The position numbers were made by a program, and so were the translations under genes. Shown in pieces: positions 18,215-27,179 of a stretch of DNA of 32,993 nucleotides. The stretch lies in contig JAYUHT010000254.1 of NCBI GenBank assembly GCA_043766725.1, positions 1 through 32,993 on the forward strand, written 5' to 3'. Under the pieces are notes generated by a model. It saw nothing but the letters and a program-made list of their open reading frames with translations. It did no database searches and was not told where the DNA came from. The number at the start of each line of letters is the position of its first letter. The first letter of the stretch is position 1. Origin of the DNA: Burkholderiales bacterium (GTDB lineage: Bacteria > Pseudomonadota > Gammaproteobacteria > Burkholderiales > Burkholderiaceae_C).

Positions 18215-19306
18215 ATGGGCAAGACACGCTATCGGGGCTCCAATGGGCCGGTGCCAAAAAACGCCGCCTTCTTCATCTGTGCTGCGGTGCAGACTCATGT
18301 CGCGCAGCGATGTGATGTCGGGACCAAGCGGCGCTCCTGGCTGCTGGCCAGCGCCAGCACCGCGCTGTTCAGCGGCTTTGCTGCGCAGCCATCGCGTGCC
18401 CAGCCTGGCCAGGTGTTGCAACGCATCGGCTATCTGTCGGCAGGCAGCGCCACCTTGAACCCCGCCGGCTTGCAGGCCTTTCGCGAGGGCTTGCGCGAGC
18501 GCGGCCATGTCGAAGGCCGCGATGTCGTGTTGGACGTGCGTTTTGCAGAGGGGCGCGCGCAGGACCTGCCGCGCCTGGCCACTGAGCTCGCCGCGCTCAA
18601 GCCCGTCGTGATCATCGCGCCGGGCCAGGCCACTGACGCAGCGCTGGCCGCCACGGCCACGCTGGCCACGCCCATCGTGTCACTGGGCGACCTGGTCGCC
18701 TCGGGCTACGCGGTGCAGCTCGGGCGCCCGGGTGGAAGGGTCACGGGGATCAGCTTTCTGCCGTTTCCGCTGAATGCCAAGCGCCTGGAGCTGCTCGCGC
18801 AAACCTTGCCCAAGGGCAGCACGGTGCTCAACCTGGCCGGCCTACAGCCCCGGCCCGAAGCCATGCAAATGGTCGAAGACGCGGGGCGCTCGCTGGGGCT
18901 GGTGACGCATGCGGCTTATGCACACACGGTGGAGGAGATCGACGCGGCGTTCGCAGCCGCACGCCGCTTGCGCGTGGCCGGGGTCAACGTGCTCAATTCA
19001 CCGTTCCTGTACAACCTGCGCGCGCACATCTTCCAACTCGCGGCCAGTGCCAAACTGCCCGCCATCTACCAGTGGCCGGACGCCGCGCGCGAGGGTGGAC
19101 TGATGGCCTACGGGCCGAGCCTGGACGCGATGAATCGCCAGCTCGCCGGTTACGCCTCGCGCATCCTGGGTGGCGCCAAGCCGGCCGACCTGCCCATCGA
19201 ACAACCGACGCGGTTCGAGTTGGTCATCAACCTGAAGACCGCCAAAGCGCTAGGCCTTAACGTTCCAAATGCGCTGCTGCTGCGGGCCGACGAGGTGATT
19301 CAATGA
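18215..19306 (+). CDS. ABC-type substrate-binding protein, COG2984/ABC_sub_bind-like (paralogue 1); start uncertain (ATG 18215 or GTG 18287)
   Basis: KRRSWLL signal-like segment, RIGYL, LGRPGGRVTG, KRLELL, GGLMAYGP, GAKPADLPIEQPTRFELVINLKTAKALG, LLRADEVIQ. Confidence 0.88.
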   Translation: MGKTRYRGSNGPVPKNAAFFICAAVQTHVAQRCDVGTKRRSWLLASASTALFSGFAAQPSRAQPGQVLQRIGYLSAGSATLNPAGLQAFREGLRERGHVEGRDVVLDVRFAEGRAQDLPRLATELAALKPVVIIAPGQATDAALAATATLATPIVSLGDLVASGYAVQLGRPGGRVTGISFLPFPLNAKRLELLAQTLPKGSTVLNLAGLQPRPEAMQMVEDAGRSLGLVTHAAYAHTVEEIDAAFAAARRLRVAGVNVLNSPFLYNLRAHIFQLAASAKLPAIYQWPDAAREGGLMAYGPSLDAMNRQLAGYASRILGGAKPADLPIEQPTRFELVINLKTAKALGLNVPNALLLRADEVIQ

Positions 19307-20310
19307 ACCGCCGCCCGTTCATTGCCGCGCTGGCGGGTGGCGTATTCGGCACGGCAGGTATCGTTGTCGCGCAGCCGGCCAAGGTCTGGCGTATCGGCTA
19401 CATCGTGCCGCGCCCGTCTAGCAGTGATCCCACTCGTGCGGCCGGCGTAGCGGCGTTTCATGACGCCATGCGCGAGCGCGGCTACGTGGCGGGGCGCGAC
19501 TATCGCCTGGAAGAACATTCCGTCGACGGCCGCAACGAGCGTTATGCCGAAATCGCCAATGAGCTGGTCGCGAGCCGGGTCGATCTGCTTCTGGTCGGAG
19601 GCACCTCGGGTGCAAGGGCCGCACAAAAGGCGACGGCGACGATCCCCATCGTTATTTTTTCGGCGTCTGACCCGGTGGGCACCGGCCTGGTGGCCAGCCT
19701 GGCGCGCCCGGGCGGCAACATCACCGGCCGCTCGACGATCACCGCCGAGCTCGACCCCAAGCGGCTCGAGCTGCTGCGTGAAGCGGTGCCCGGCCTGGCC
19801 AACGTGTCCGTGTTGATGGTGGTCTCTCGCGAGTCACCGGGCGTGCCTTCATTGCTGGAGCGGGCGTTTGCGGGCGTCGAAGCGGCCGGCCGCCAGCGTG
19901 GCGTTCGCGTCCGGGCGGTGGGGCTGCAGGGCGCGTCGGCGCTGGACGCGGCACTGGCGCAGATTCACAGCCTGCGCCCAGGTGGTCTGATCGTCTTTGA
20001 CCAGGCCGTCGTCTTGCGCGAGAGCGAGCGCATCCTCGATTTCACGCAGCGCGAGCGCCTGCCGGCGATCTTCCAGTCCAGCGGCTGGGTGAGGGCTGGC
20101 GGGCTGATGTCGTATGGGCCGAACACCACCGATGAGCTGCGTCGGATCACCGCCTACGTGGACAAGATCATCAAGGGTGCCAAGCCCGGCGACCTGCCGG
20201 TCGAGCAGCCCACGCAGATCGAACTGGTCATCAACCTATTGACCGCCAAGGCGCTGGGCTTGACGATCCCGCAAACACTGCTGGTGCGGGCCGATGAGTT
20301 GATTCAGTGA
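19303..20310 (+). CDS. ABC-type substrate-binding protein, COG2984-like (paralogue 2)
   Basis: MNRRPF signal, DPVGTGLVASLARPGGNITG, GGLMSYGP, LPVEQPT, RADELIQ; ATGA overlap with paralogue 1. Confidence 0.92.
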   Translation: MNRRPFIAALAGGVFGTAGIVVAQPAKVWRIGYIVPRPSSSDPTRAAGVAAFHDAMRERGYVAGRDYRLEEHSVDGRNERYAEIANELVASRVDLLLVGGTSGARAAQKATATIPIVIFSASDPVGTGLVASLARPGGNITGRSTITAELDPKRLELLREAVPGLANVSVLMVVSRESPGVPSLLERAFAGVEAAGRQRGVRVRAVGLQGASALDAALAQIHSLRPGGLIVFDQAVVLRESERILDFTQRERLPAIFQSSGWVRAGGLMSYGPNTTDELRRITAYVDKIIKGAKPGDLPVEQPTQIELVINLLTAKALGLTIPQTLLVRADELIQ

Positions 20311-20317
20311 ACAACGC

Positions 20318-20578
20318 TCAGGCCGCCGATTCGAGCGCGATCTCCCAGCTCGGGAACACCAGCACTGCCGGATGGCAGTTGAGCGCCCGGGCCAGAACTT
20401 TGGCCCGCTCGACCCCCAGGTTCACGCGATCATTCTCGATCGCGGAAATGGTCGCCTGCGGGATGCCGGTCAGTGCGCAGAGCTGGTTTTGCGTCAGCTC
20501 CTGCAGTTCCCGCAGGATGCGCACCGACTCGCCAACGCTGACGTCGACGCGCTTGCGGGCTGGACGAAACTCTTTCAT
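20318..20578 (-). CDS. XRE-family HTH antitoxin (HigA-like)
   Basis: RBS GGAGG, ATG 20578; LRELQELTQNQLCALTGIPQATISAIEN is an HTH; lies directly downstream of the RelE-like gene. Confidence 0.88.
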   Translation of the reverse strand: MKEFRPARKRVDVSVGESVRILRELQELTQNQLCALTGIPQATISAIENDRVNLGVERAKVLARALNCHPAVLVFPSWEIALESAA

Positions 20579-20579
20579 T

Positions 20580-20820
20580 TCAACGCCTCCGATAGTCGTG
20601 CGCGGGCACTTCAACGACCTGAATCAACATCACGCCAGTAGCCCGCTGGTAGATCACCCGCCACTGCAAACCCAGGCGCGACGAGCGCTGGCCCTTGCAC
20701 TCACCCGACAAGGCTTCATCATGAAATCCCTTGATGGCACGCAGGCCGGCAGGGCCCGAAAGCATGGCGATGTCTTTCCCCTTCTCGTAGCGTTTCAGGA
20801 CTTCCTGGGGAACCGCAGCA
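20580..20820 (-). pseudogene. RelE/HigB/YoeB-like mRNA interferase toxin, apparently lacking its native N-terminus
   Basis: GFHDEALSG..KGQRSSRLGLQWRVIY...HDY is a RelE-fold pattern; sequence upstream of 20820 is an antisense fragment of a binding-protein gene. Confidence 0.75.
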
Positions 20821-20910
20821 GCCAGCACCGCGCTGTTTGGCGGGCTTGCTGCGCAGGCATCGCGTACCCAGCTTGGCCAAGTGTTGCAACGCATAGGCCA
20901 TCTGTCGGCA
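20821..20910 (+). repeat. 90-bp diverged direct copy of 18353-18442 (5' part of SBP paralogue 1)
   Basis: Ungapped manual alignment gives 80/90 identical bases. Confidence 0.92.
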
Positions 20911-20959
20911 ACAAGCGCCCATGCCGCGCGGCGATGTCAAGGTTTGGCGCATGCTGATA

Positions 20960-22414
20960 TCAATCGTTAAGCCATTGAGCGGCCATCTCGCCCAGCGCCG
21001 CGGTGTAGCAGGACATCGGCACGCGCACGATGCCCGCGCCGATTTGCCCGATGCCCGCTTCACGGTGCGCGATGCCGGTGGTGACGATGGGGCGAATGCC
21101 GCTGTCCACCACCTTGCGCACATCAATGCCGCAGGGTGCACCGGCAAAGTCCAGCGCCGGCAAGCTCAAGGCCGGGTTGCGGGTCACCGTCACTTCAAAC
21201 ATTTCGCGGCTGTAGCGCACGGCGTCACTCACCGTGCCGCCGGCCAGCAAGGTGAGCGCGGGCGAGGCGGCGAACGAGCAGCCGCCAAAGCCCGCGGTTT
21301 CGGTGATCGCGCTGTCGCCAATGTCGGGGCAGGCGTCTGCTTGCTTGAAGCCGGGGAAGAACAGGCCCTGCGGCAGATCAGACTTGGCCGTGAACCACCG
21401 CGGCCCCAGGCCGCTGATGCGCAGCCCGGTTTCGGTGCCGTTGCGCGCCGTGGCCGTGACCACGCTGCTGAAGGCAATGCCATGCGCGGCGTCCATGATG
21501 GCTTTGCACGAGACCATGGAAAAGTTCAGGAAGAACTGCGAGGTCTTGGCCACGAAGTCGAGCGTGTGGTGAATATGCTCAGGCGGCGGGCCCCCCCGTT
21601 GCGCGCCCAGCGCCGCCAGCGGCACGGCCAGGGTCATGAAGAACAGTGCGGTGGACGCGGCATTGCGGCTGTGCACTTCGTCGCCCATCAGTAAGGCCTG
21701 CGATTGAATGGCTTTCAGGTCGATGCCGCCGGCCTTGTCGAACTCATGCCGCACGGCCGCCTTGAGCACCGGAGCCAGCACCGCTTCAAACCATTTCAAA
21801 CGTTGCAGCACATCGGGGCCGTTGGCGCCAAAGCGCAGGCAGCGGCCAATGCCTTCATTCAGATTCGTGTAGGCGCGGTTGCCGTGCGTGGCGCAGCGCA
21901 CCTGAATCAAGGGCATGCTGGCGCTGATCACGCCGGTCATCGGCCCCACGGCGGCGTAGTCGTGGCACTGCGCAAATTCCACTTCACCGCGCGCCAGCAT
22001 GGCGTGCGCCTGCTCGGGCGTGCTGGCCCAGCCCTCGTACAACACGGCGCCAACGAGCGCACCATGCATGGGGCCGCACATGTCGTCAAAGGCCACCGGC
22101 GGGCCGGCGTGCAGCAGCAGCCGCGCGCCCTTCATTTGCGGCCACACCGCATCGGCGCGCAGGGCAATGTCTTCCCACAGGGGGCGGGCGTTGATGATGC
22201 GTTGCGTGGCCTGGGCGTTGGCCGCTTCAATGCGCGCATCGCCCATCAGCCGCGCGAGCTGCCAGGCCAGCAGCGGGTCCGCATTGCCGGGCGGGCGCCA
22301 ATGCACGTTCGCCAGGCTGCCGCCGCTGGCGGTGATGCTGGCGTTGAAGCCTTCCAGGCCGATGTTCAGCACCGCCGGCGCCTGGTTGAGCAGGGTGTTC
22401 GCGTTGAGCGTCAT
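20960..22414 (-). CDS. DUF1116 protein (YahG/YlbE-AllG family; putative catabolic carbamoyltransferase subunit)
   Basis: LLHAGPP, MCGPMHGA, AVGPMTG, LNEGIG..LRFGA, MGDEVHSRN, DIGDSAITE, GIGQIGAG; YahG-like N-terminal extension VLNIGLEGF...WRPPG. Confidence 0.9.
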   Translation of the reverse strand: MTLNANTLLNQAPAVLNIGLEGFNASITASGGSLANVHWRPPGNADPLLAWQLARLMGDARIEAANAQATQRIINARPLWEDIALRADAVWPQMKGARLLLHAGPPVAFDDMCGPMHGALVGAVLYEGWASTPEQAHAMLARGEVEFAQCHDYAAVGPMTGVISASMPLIQVRCATHGNRAYTNLNEGIGRCLRFGANGPDVLQRLKWFEAVLAPVLKAAVRHEFDKAGGIDLKAIQSQALLMGDEVHSRNAASTALFFMTLAVPLAALGAQRGGPPPEHIHHTLDFVAKTSQFFLNFSMVSCKAIMDAAHGIAFSSVVTATARNGTETGLRISGLGPRWFTAKSDLPQGLFFPGFKQADACPDIGDSAITETAGFGGCSFAASPALTLLAGGTVSDAVRYSREMFEVTVTRNPALSLPALDFAGAPCGIDVRKVVDSGIRPIVTTGIAHREAGIGQIGAGIVRVPMSCYTAALGEMAAQWLND

Positions 22415-23121
22415 GTTTGTTCGATGGGTAAGGCGGTCAGGGCCAGCAGCAGGCCGGCCAGCATGTCGGCGCCCGAGCTGGCGCCCAGGCCGAGCAGGGT
22501 TTGAGTGTGATGGCCGATGGCCGCGTGCTCGTTGTCTTGCAGCGCGGCCAGCAGCTCGTGCAAGGCGCGGTAGCTGGCGCCGTTCAGCAGATCAGCCAGC
22601 AGGTGGGCGCTGATCTCATTGGTGGCCGCGCGCGCCGCCGCCAGCAAACGCATCCGCACATCCACCAGTGGCTCATGCCAATCGTTAGGTGCGGCGTGCG
22701 CCAAAGCGAAGAACACGCCGCCGGTGAAATCATCGCCGCTGGGCGTGAGGCCCGGGCCCAGGCCCAGCACGCGCAAGCAGGCGGCTTCCAGGGCGGGCAG
22801 GTCGTGCGCGTGCAAAGCACGGCGCACGGCGTCAAAACGCGGCGTGGCCAGCCTGAACGGGAAGGGCAGTTCCTGCGCTTGCAACCACCGCAGCAGCCCT
22901 TTTGCGGGCAGCCCGTGCAGCAAGTTCAGGCAAGTGTTCGCGCCCGCGCGCAAGTCACGGGCGTGAACGCGCAGCGCGGGCGGCTGCCATGGGTGCAGGG
23001 CGTGGCGTGGGTGATCGGTTTGGGCGCGCTTGCCGGCCCATACGAGCACGCCGTTGCGCCAGGCGTAAGCGGTGGCCTCGAAGCCGGCCACGGGTTGCAG
23101 CGCCGCCGTGCCGGCGTTCAC
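22411..23121 (-). CDS. DUF2877 protein (YahE/YlbF-AllH family)
   Basis: LGLGPGLTPSGDDFTGG, TNEIS, LGASSGADMLAG; GTG start overlapping the carbamate kinase stop. Confidence 0.85.
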   Translation of the reverse strand: MNAGTAALQPVAGFEATAYAWRNGVLVWAGKRAQTDHPRHALHPWQPPALRVHARDLRAGANTCLNLLHGLPAKGLLRWLQAQELPFPFRLATPRFDAVRRALHAHDLPALEAACLRVLGLGPGLTPSGDDFTGGVFFALAHAAPNDWHEPLVDVRMRLLAAARAATNEISAHLLADLLNGASYRALHELLAALQDNEHAAIGHHTQTLLGLGASSGADMLAGLLLALTALPIEQT

Positions 23122-24122
23122 GGCCGCCCACCCAAGGTGATGTGGGTGCCCGCGCGCCCCAGCAGGGCTTCATGCGCTTTTTCAAGCGAAGTGATGATCA
23201 CTTCACCCGCCGCATTGGCCTGTGGCGCTTCTTGCAGGAAGCTGATGGCGGCCTCGATCTTCGGCCCCATGCTGCCGGGCGGAAACTGGTCTTGGGCCGC
23301 GTACTCGCGCGCCTGCGCCAAGCTGAGGTGGTCCAGCCAGCGCTGGCCGGGTTGGTTGTAGTCGAGCGCCACGCGCTCCACGCCGGTGAGCATGATCAGC
23401 GCATCCGCATGCAGGTGCGCGGCCAGCATGGCGCTGGTCAGGTCCTTGTCGATCACCGCGGCCACGCCCTGCCAATGGCCCTGCGCGGTGTGCAGCACCG
23501 GCACGCCGCCGCCGCCGCAGGCGATTGGGATCACGCCCGCATCGAGCAGGGCGTCGATCGTTTTCAGATCGAGAATCTTGCGCGGCTTGGGGCTGGCCAC
23601 CATGCGGCGCCAGCCGCGGCCCGAATCTTCGGCAAAGTACCAGCCGGTACTGGCGGCCATCTGCTTGGCTTCAAGCTCGCTGAAGAACCTGCCCACGGGC
23701 TTGGTGGGGTTGTGAAACGCCGGGTCGTCGGCGTCCACTTCCACTTCCGTGATGATGCAAGACACCACCACGTCCAGCCCTTTGTCGACCAGCACATTGG
23801 CCAGGCTTTGCTGCAGCATGTAGCCCATGCCGCCTTGCGAATGCGCCACGCACACATCCATGGGCATGGGCGGCAGTTCGTTGGCGGTGCGCGCCATGCG
23901 ATAGAGGATGTTGCCCACCACCGGGCCGTTGCCATGGGTGAGCACGAGCTGCCAGCCGGCATGGATGATTTCTACCAAGTGGCCGCAAACCTGGCGCATC
24001 AAGGCCAGTTGCTCCTCGGCCGTGCCCTTGATGGTGGGCGGATACGCCGCATTGCCGCCCAGGGCCACCACCACGCGCTTGCGTGGTGTTAACGCTTGGC
24101 GAAACTTCTTCACAGCAGCCAT
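23118..24122 (-). CDS. arcC: Carbamate kinase
   Basis: VVALGGNA, THGNGPVVG, SQGGMGY, PTKPVG, GWRRMVASP, GGGGVPV, AVIDKD, GSMGPKIEAA. Confidence 0.95.
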   Translation of the reverse strand: MAAVKKFRQALTPRKRVVVALGGNAAYPPTIKGTAEEQLALMRQVCGHLVEIIHAGWQLVLTHGNGPVVGNILYRMARTANELPPMPMDVCVAHSQGGMGYMLQQSLANVLVDKGLDVVVSCIITEVEVDADDPAFHNPTKPVGRFFSELEAKQMAASTGWYFAEDSGRGWRRMVASPKPRKILDLKTIDALLDAGVIPIACGGGGVPVLHTAQGHWQGVAAVIDKDLTSAMLAAHLHADALIMLTGVERVALDYNQPGQRWLDHLSLAQAREYAAQDQFPPGSMGPKIEAAISFLQEAPQANAAGEVIITSLEKAHEALLGRAGTHITLGGRP

Positions 24123-25654
24123 TGCCCCGCCAGCCAGGCCGCGTTGGCGCTGTTGCCCGCCAGCACCATGCCGGCCGCACGCAGCGTGGCCTCTTGGCGC
24201 GACAGCACTTGCGGGTCTAGCTCGGTGCCGCAGACAAAACCCAGCACGGCCAGCTCGCGCCCGCCCTGGCGCGCCTGGCGCCTGGCCTGCTGGATAGCGC
24301 TGGCCAGCTCGGCCGCGGGGTCGGCATGCGCGCCCCAGCCAATGACCACATCGAGCACGATGACGCGCACCTGCGGATCGTTAGCTTCCTTGAGCAAGCG
24401 CTCGATGCGCGCCGCCTGGTCAATCATCGGGTGCGGGCGACCCACGGTGAACTCATCGTCACCCAAATCGAGCACGCTGTGGCCCAGGCTGGCCTGGCGT
24501 GGGTTGGGCAACGCATGTTGCGAATCAAGTGGAACGTTAGACCACACGGCCAATCCAGATCGGGCCCACAGCACCTGCGCCTCGTAAGCGTAGGTGCCAC
24601 CTGAATACAGGGCGCGCAAATACTTCTGCTGTGCCTTGAAGCGCGGCTTGGGCGGCAATGCATAGGCCTGCATGGCCGAGCGCTTGCGGCCGGCCAGCTT
24701 CACCGCCGCGGCGGCGCAATCCACCAAGGTGTTCACCACACGAATACCGGGGGCGCGCACTGTGCTGCCCAGGAACAGCAGCACGGCCGGCTTGCCTGCG
24801 GCCTGCAAGGCGGCCACCACCTTGGCGGCCACTTCAGGCGCGGGGGGCTTGGACAACACCGCGATCACTTGGGTGGCCGGGTCTTGCGCCAGCAGCGCGA
24901 TGCCGCGCAGCAAGCTGGTGCCGCCGACCGCCGCGCTGCCGTCGCGCCCGCCGGTGCCGATGGCGTGGCTCACGCCGCCGCCCATGCGGTGGATTTGCGT
25001 GCTCACCTCTTGCAAGCCCGTGCCCGACGCGCCCACCAGCCCGATGCTGCCGGCGCGCACGTTGTTGGCAAACCCGAGCGGCACCCCGGCGACGATGGCG
25101 GTGCCGCAGTCGGGGCCCATCACCAGCAGGCCGCGCTTGGCGGCTTCTTGCTTCATGGCCACCTCCTGCGCCAGTGGCACGTTGTCGCTGAACATGAACA
25201 CGTTCAAGCCGCGTTGCAAGGCCTTCAACCCTTCGGCCCCGGCATATGCACCGGGCACTGATATTTGCGCGATGTTGGGCGGCGCCGCAGTGCCCGGGCG
25301 GGCCAGGGCCATGGCACTGCTGCGTGGCGGAACGACTTCTTGCGCGCTGGTGCTGGCACCCTGCTCGTGCTGGCCCACCAGGTGCGCCTGCGCCGCCGTG
25401 CGCGCGGCCTCGCCAGCGCCGGGCGTGCGAGCCTGCACCACCACCATCACGTCAGCCGGCCCGGCCTCTTGGATCGCGCCATGCAGCAACCCGGCTTCTT
25501 GCAGAATGGCCTTGTTCGCGGCCGTGCCCATTTGCAGGCTGGCGTTCACCACGTCGGGCAGGGCCAGCAAGCGCTGCGCCACTCGCATCAGGGCCACGGA
25601 GTCCTGGTACAGGTTGGGCTGGATGAAGGCAAGGGTGTGCAGGGGCGGGGTCAT
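24110..25654 (-). CDS. fdrA: FdrA/YahF family protein (acyl-CoA synthetase-like fold; AllF-like)
   Basis: YQDSVALM, MGTAANK, ISVPGAYA, MFSDNV, MGPDCGT, VGASGTGLQE, HAIGTGGRD, YSGGT, DLGDDEFTVGRPHPMID. Confidence 0.93.
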   Translation of the reverse strand: MTPPLHTLAFIQPNLYQDSVALMRVAQRLLALPDVVNASLQMGTAANKAILQEAGLLHGAIQEAGPADVMVVVQARTPGAGEAARTAAQAHLVGQHEQGASTSAQEVVPPRSSAMALARPGTAAPPNIAQISVPGAYAGAEGLKALQRGLNVFMFSDNVPLAQEVAMKQEAAKRGLLVMGPDCGTAIVAGVPLGFANNVRAGSIGLVGASGTGLQEVSTQIHRMGGGVSHAIGTGGRDGSAAVGGTSLLRGIALLAQDPATQVIAVLSKPPAPEVAAKVVAALQAAGKPAVLLFLGSTVRAPGIRVVNTLVDCAAAAVKLAGRKRSAMQAYALPPKPRFKAQQKYLRALYSGGTYAYEAQVLWARSGLAVWSNVPLDSQHALPNPRQASLGHSVLDLGDDEFTVGRPHPMIDQAARIERLLKEANDPQVRVIVLDVVIGWGAHADPAAELASAIQQARRQARQGGRELAVLGFVCGTELDPQVLSRQEATLRAAGMVLAGNSANAAWLAGQWLL

Positions 25655-25762
25655 CAAGTCGCTCGATGGTTCATGAAAGCGCTGAGCGTGCAGCGCAGGC
25701 AGTCTGTGAAGGTCGCTTTGCTACGATGAACCGATCAGGCTTTCAACCGGCACCGCCCTCGC

Positions 25763-27025
25763 ATGACCCTGCCCAAATTGTCACCTCTGGCCGAACCCGC
25801 CTCGGCATTGAACGAACTCAACCCCGCACCGCGTTTGTTGATGGGCCCCGGCCCCATCAACGCCGACCCGCGCGTGCTGCGCGCCATGTCTGCCCCGCTG
25901 CTGGGCCAGTTCGACCCGCAGTTTCGCGGCTACATGCGCGAGACCATGGCGCTGTACCGCGCCTTCTTTGAAACGAAGAACGACTGGACCCTGGTGCTCG
26001 ACGGCACCGCGCGCGCCGCCATTGAAATGGTGATGCTTTCGGCCACGGCGCCCGGCGACAAGGTGCTGGTGTGCAGCTTCGGCCGCTTTGGCCAGTTGCT
26101 CGATGAAATCGCGCAGCGCTGCGGCGCTAACGTTCGGGTTGAGAAGGTGCCCTGGGGCACGGTATTCAGCCTGGAACAGATCGAAGCCGCGCTGAAGGCC
26201 CATTCACCCAAGCTGGTGGCGATCTGCCAGGGCGACACCTCCACCACCATGTTGCAGCCTCTGGCCGGGCTGGGTGAGCTGTGCCACCGCTACGGCGCGC
26301 TGCTGCAGGTGGATGCCACGGCCTCGTGCGGTGGCACGCCGCTGCCGGTGGACGGCTGGGCTGTGGATGCCGTGACGGCCGGCCTGCAAAAGTGCCTGGC
26401 CGGGCCGTCGGGCGCGGCGCCGATCACGCTGTCGCCAGCCATGGCTGAATTGATCTACAGCCGCCGCCACATCGAACAAGGCCTGCAAACCGCGGGCTAC
26501 GTGCCAGGCAGCGGGCCGCGCATTGCCTCGAACTACATGGACCTGGCCATGGTGATGGACTACTGGAGCGACGCTGGCCTGAACCACCACACCGAAGCCA
26601 CCACCATGCTTTATGGCGCCCGCGAATGCGCCCGCATCTTCGTGCAAGAGGGCTTGCCACAGGCCTACGCGCGCCACGCCGCCGCCTCGCGCGCGGTGGT
26701 GGCCGGCGTGCAGGCCATGAACCTGAAGCTATATGGCGACTTGGCCAACAAGATGCCCAACGTGACCGGCATCTACATCCCCGAAGGCCTGAACGGCGAG
26801 CGCGTGCGCGCCGCGCTGCTGAAGCACTTCAACATCGAGATCGGCACCAGCTTCGGACCGCTGCACGGCAAGGTCTGGCGCATCGGCGCCATGGGCTACA
26901 ACGCCCGGCCTGATTGCGTGCTGAACACCCTGGGCGCGCTGGAAGCGGTGCTCGCCGCCGAGGGCCACCGCTTCACACGCGGGGCGGGGGTGGACGCCGC
27001 CTACCAAAGCTACCAAGGCGCTTGA
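25763..27025 (+). CDS. pucG: Class V PLP aminotransferase, (S)-ureidoglycine-glyoxylate aminotransferase-like (PucG/HpxJ)
   Basis: RLLMGPGPINADPRVLRAMS, GQFDP, DATAS, GLQKCL (PLP Lys), SNYMDL, LNHHTEATT, IEIGTSFGPLHGKVWRIG. Subfamily call rests on recalled PucG sequence features. Confidence 0.82.
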   Translation: MTLPKLSPLAEPASALNELNPAPRLLMGPGPINADPRVLRAMSAPLLGQFDPQFRGYMRETMALYRAFFETKNDWTLVLDGTARAAIEMVMLSATAPGDKVLVCSFGRFGQLLDEIAQRCGANVRVEKVPWGTVFSLEQIEAALKAHSPKLVAICQGDTSTTMLQPLAGLGELCHRYGALLQVDATASCGGTPLPVDGWAVDAVTAGLQKCLAGPSGAAPITLSPAMAELIYSRRHIEQGLQTAGYVPGSGPRIASNYMDLAMVMDYWSDAGLNHHTEATTMLYGARECARIFVQEGLPQAYARHAAASRAVVAGVQAMNLKLYGDLANKMPNVTGIYIPEGLNGERVRAALLKHFNIEIGTSFGPLHGKVWRIGAMGYNARPDCVLNTLGALEAVLAAEGHRFTRGAGVDAAYQSYQGA

Positions 27026-27143
27026 GCGCATCGCTGCCGGCGATGCGATGGCACGTCGAGCTGGTGATGAGATGCGCGCGGTCCGCGGCCTCGTGACCCC
27101 GCTGCGCGAAGGTCAGCCAGGCGCCTGGGCGCTGTCAATAGCT

Positions 27144-27178
27144 TGTACAATTTGAATTTCCAATCTTCAATTTGTACA
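27144..27178. promoter_or_regulatory. AT-rich inverted repeat (putative operator) overlapping a TACAAT -10-like hexamer
   Basis: TGTACAATTTGAA-N9-TTCAATTTGTACA, 12/13 complementary, ending 1 bp before ATG 27180. Confidence 0.65.
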
Positions 27179-27179
27179 G

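Noticed and set aside
20307-20957. 216-aa + strand ORF coupled to SBP2
   Set aside because: Antisense to the HTH antitoxin and toxin, with no recognisable motifs.
27027-27047. Hairpin CGCATCGC-TGCCG-GCGATGCG after pucG as a terminator
   Set aside because: The 8-bp stem lacks a U-tract, and such stems arise easily in GC-rich DNA.
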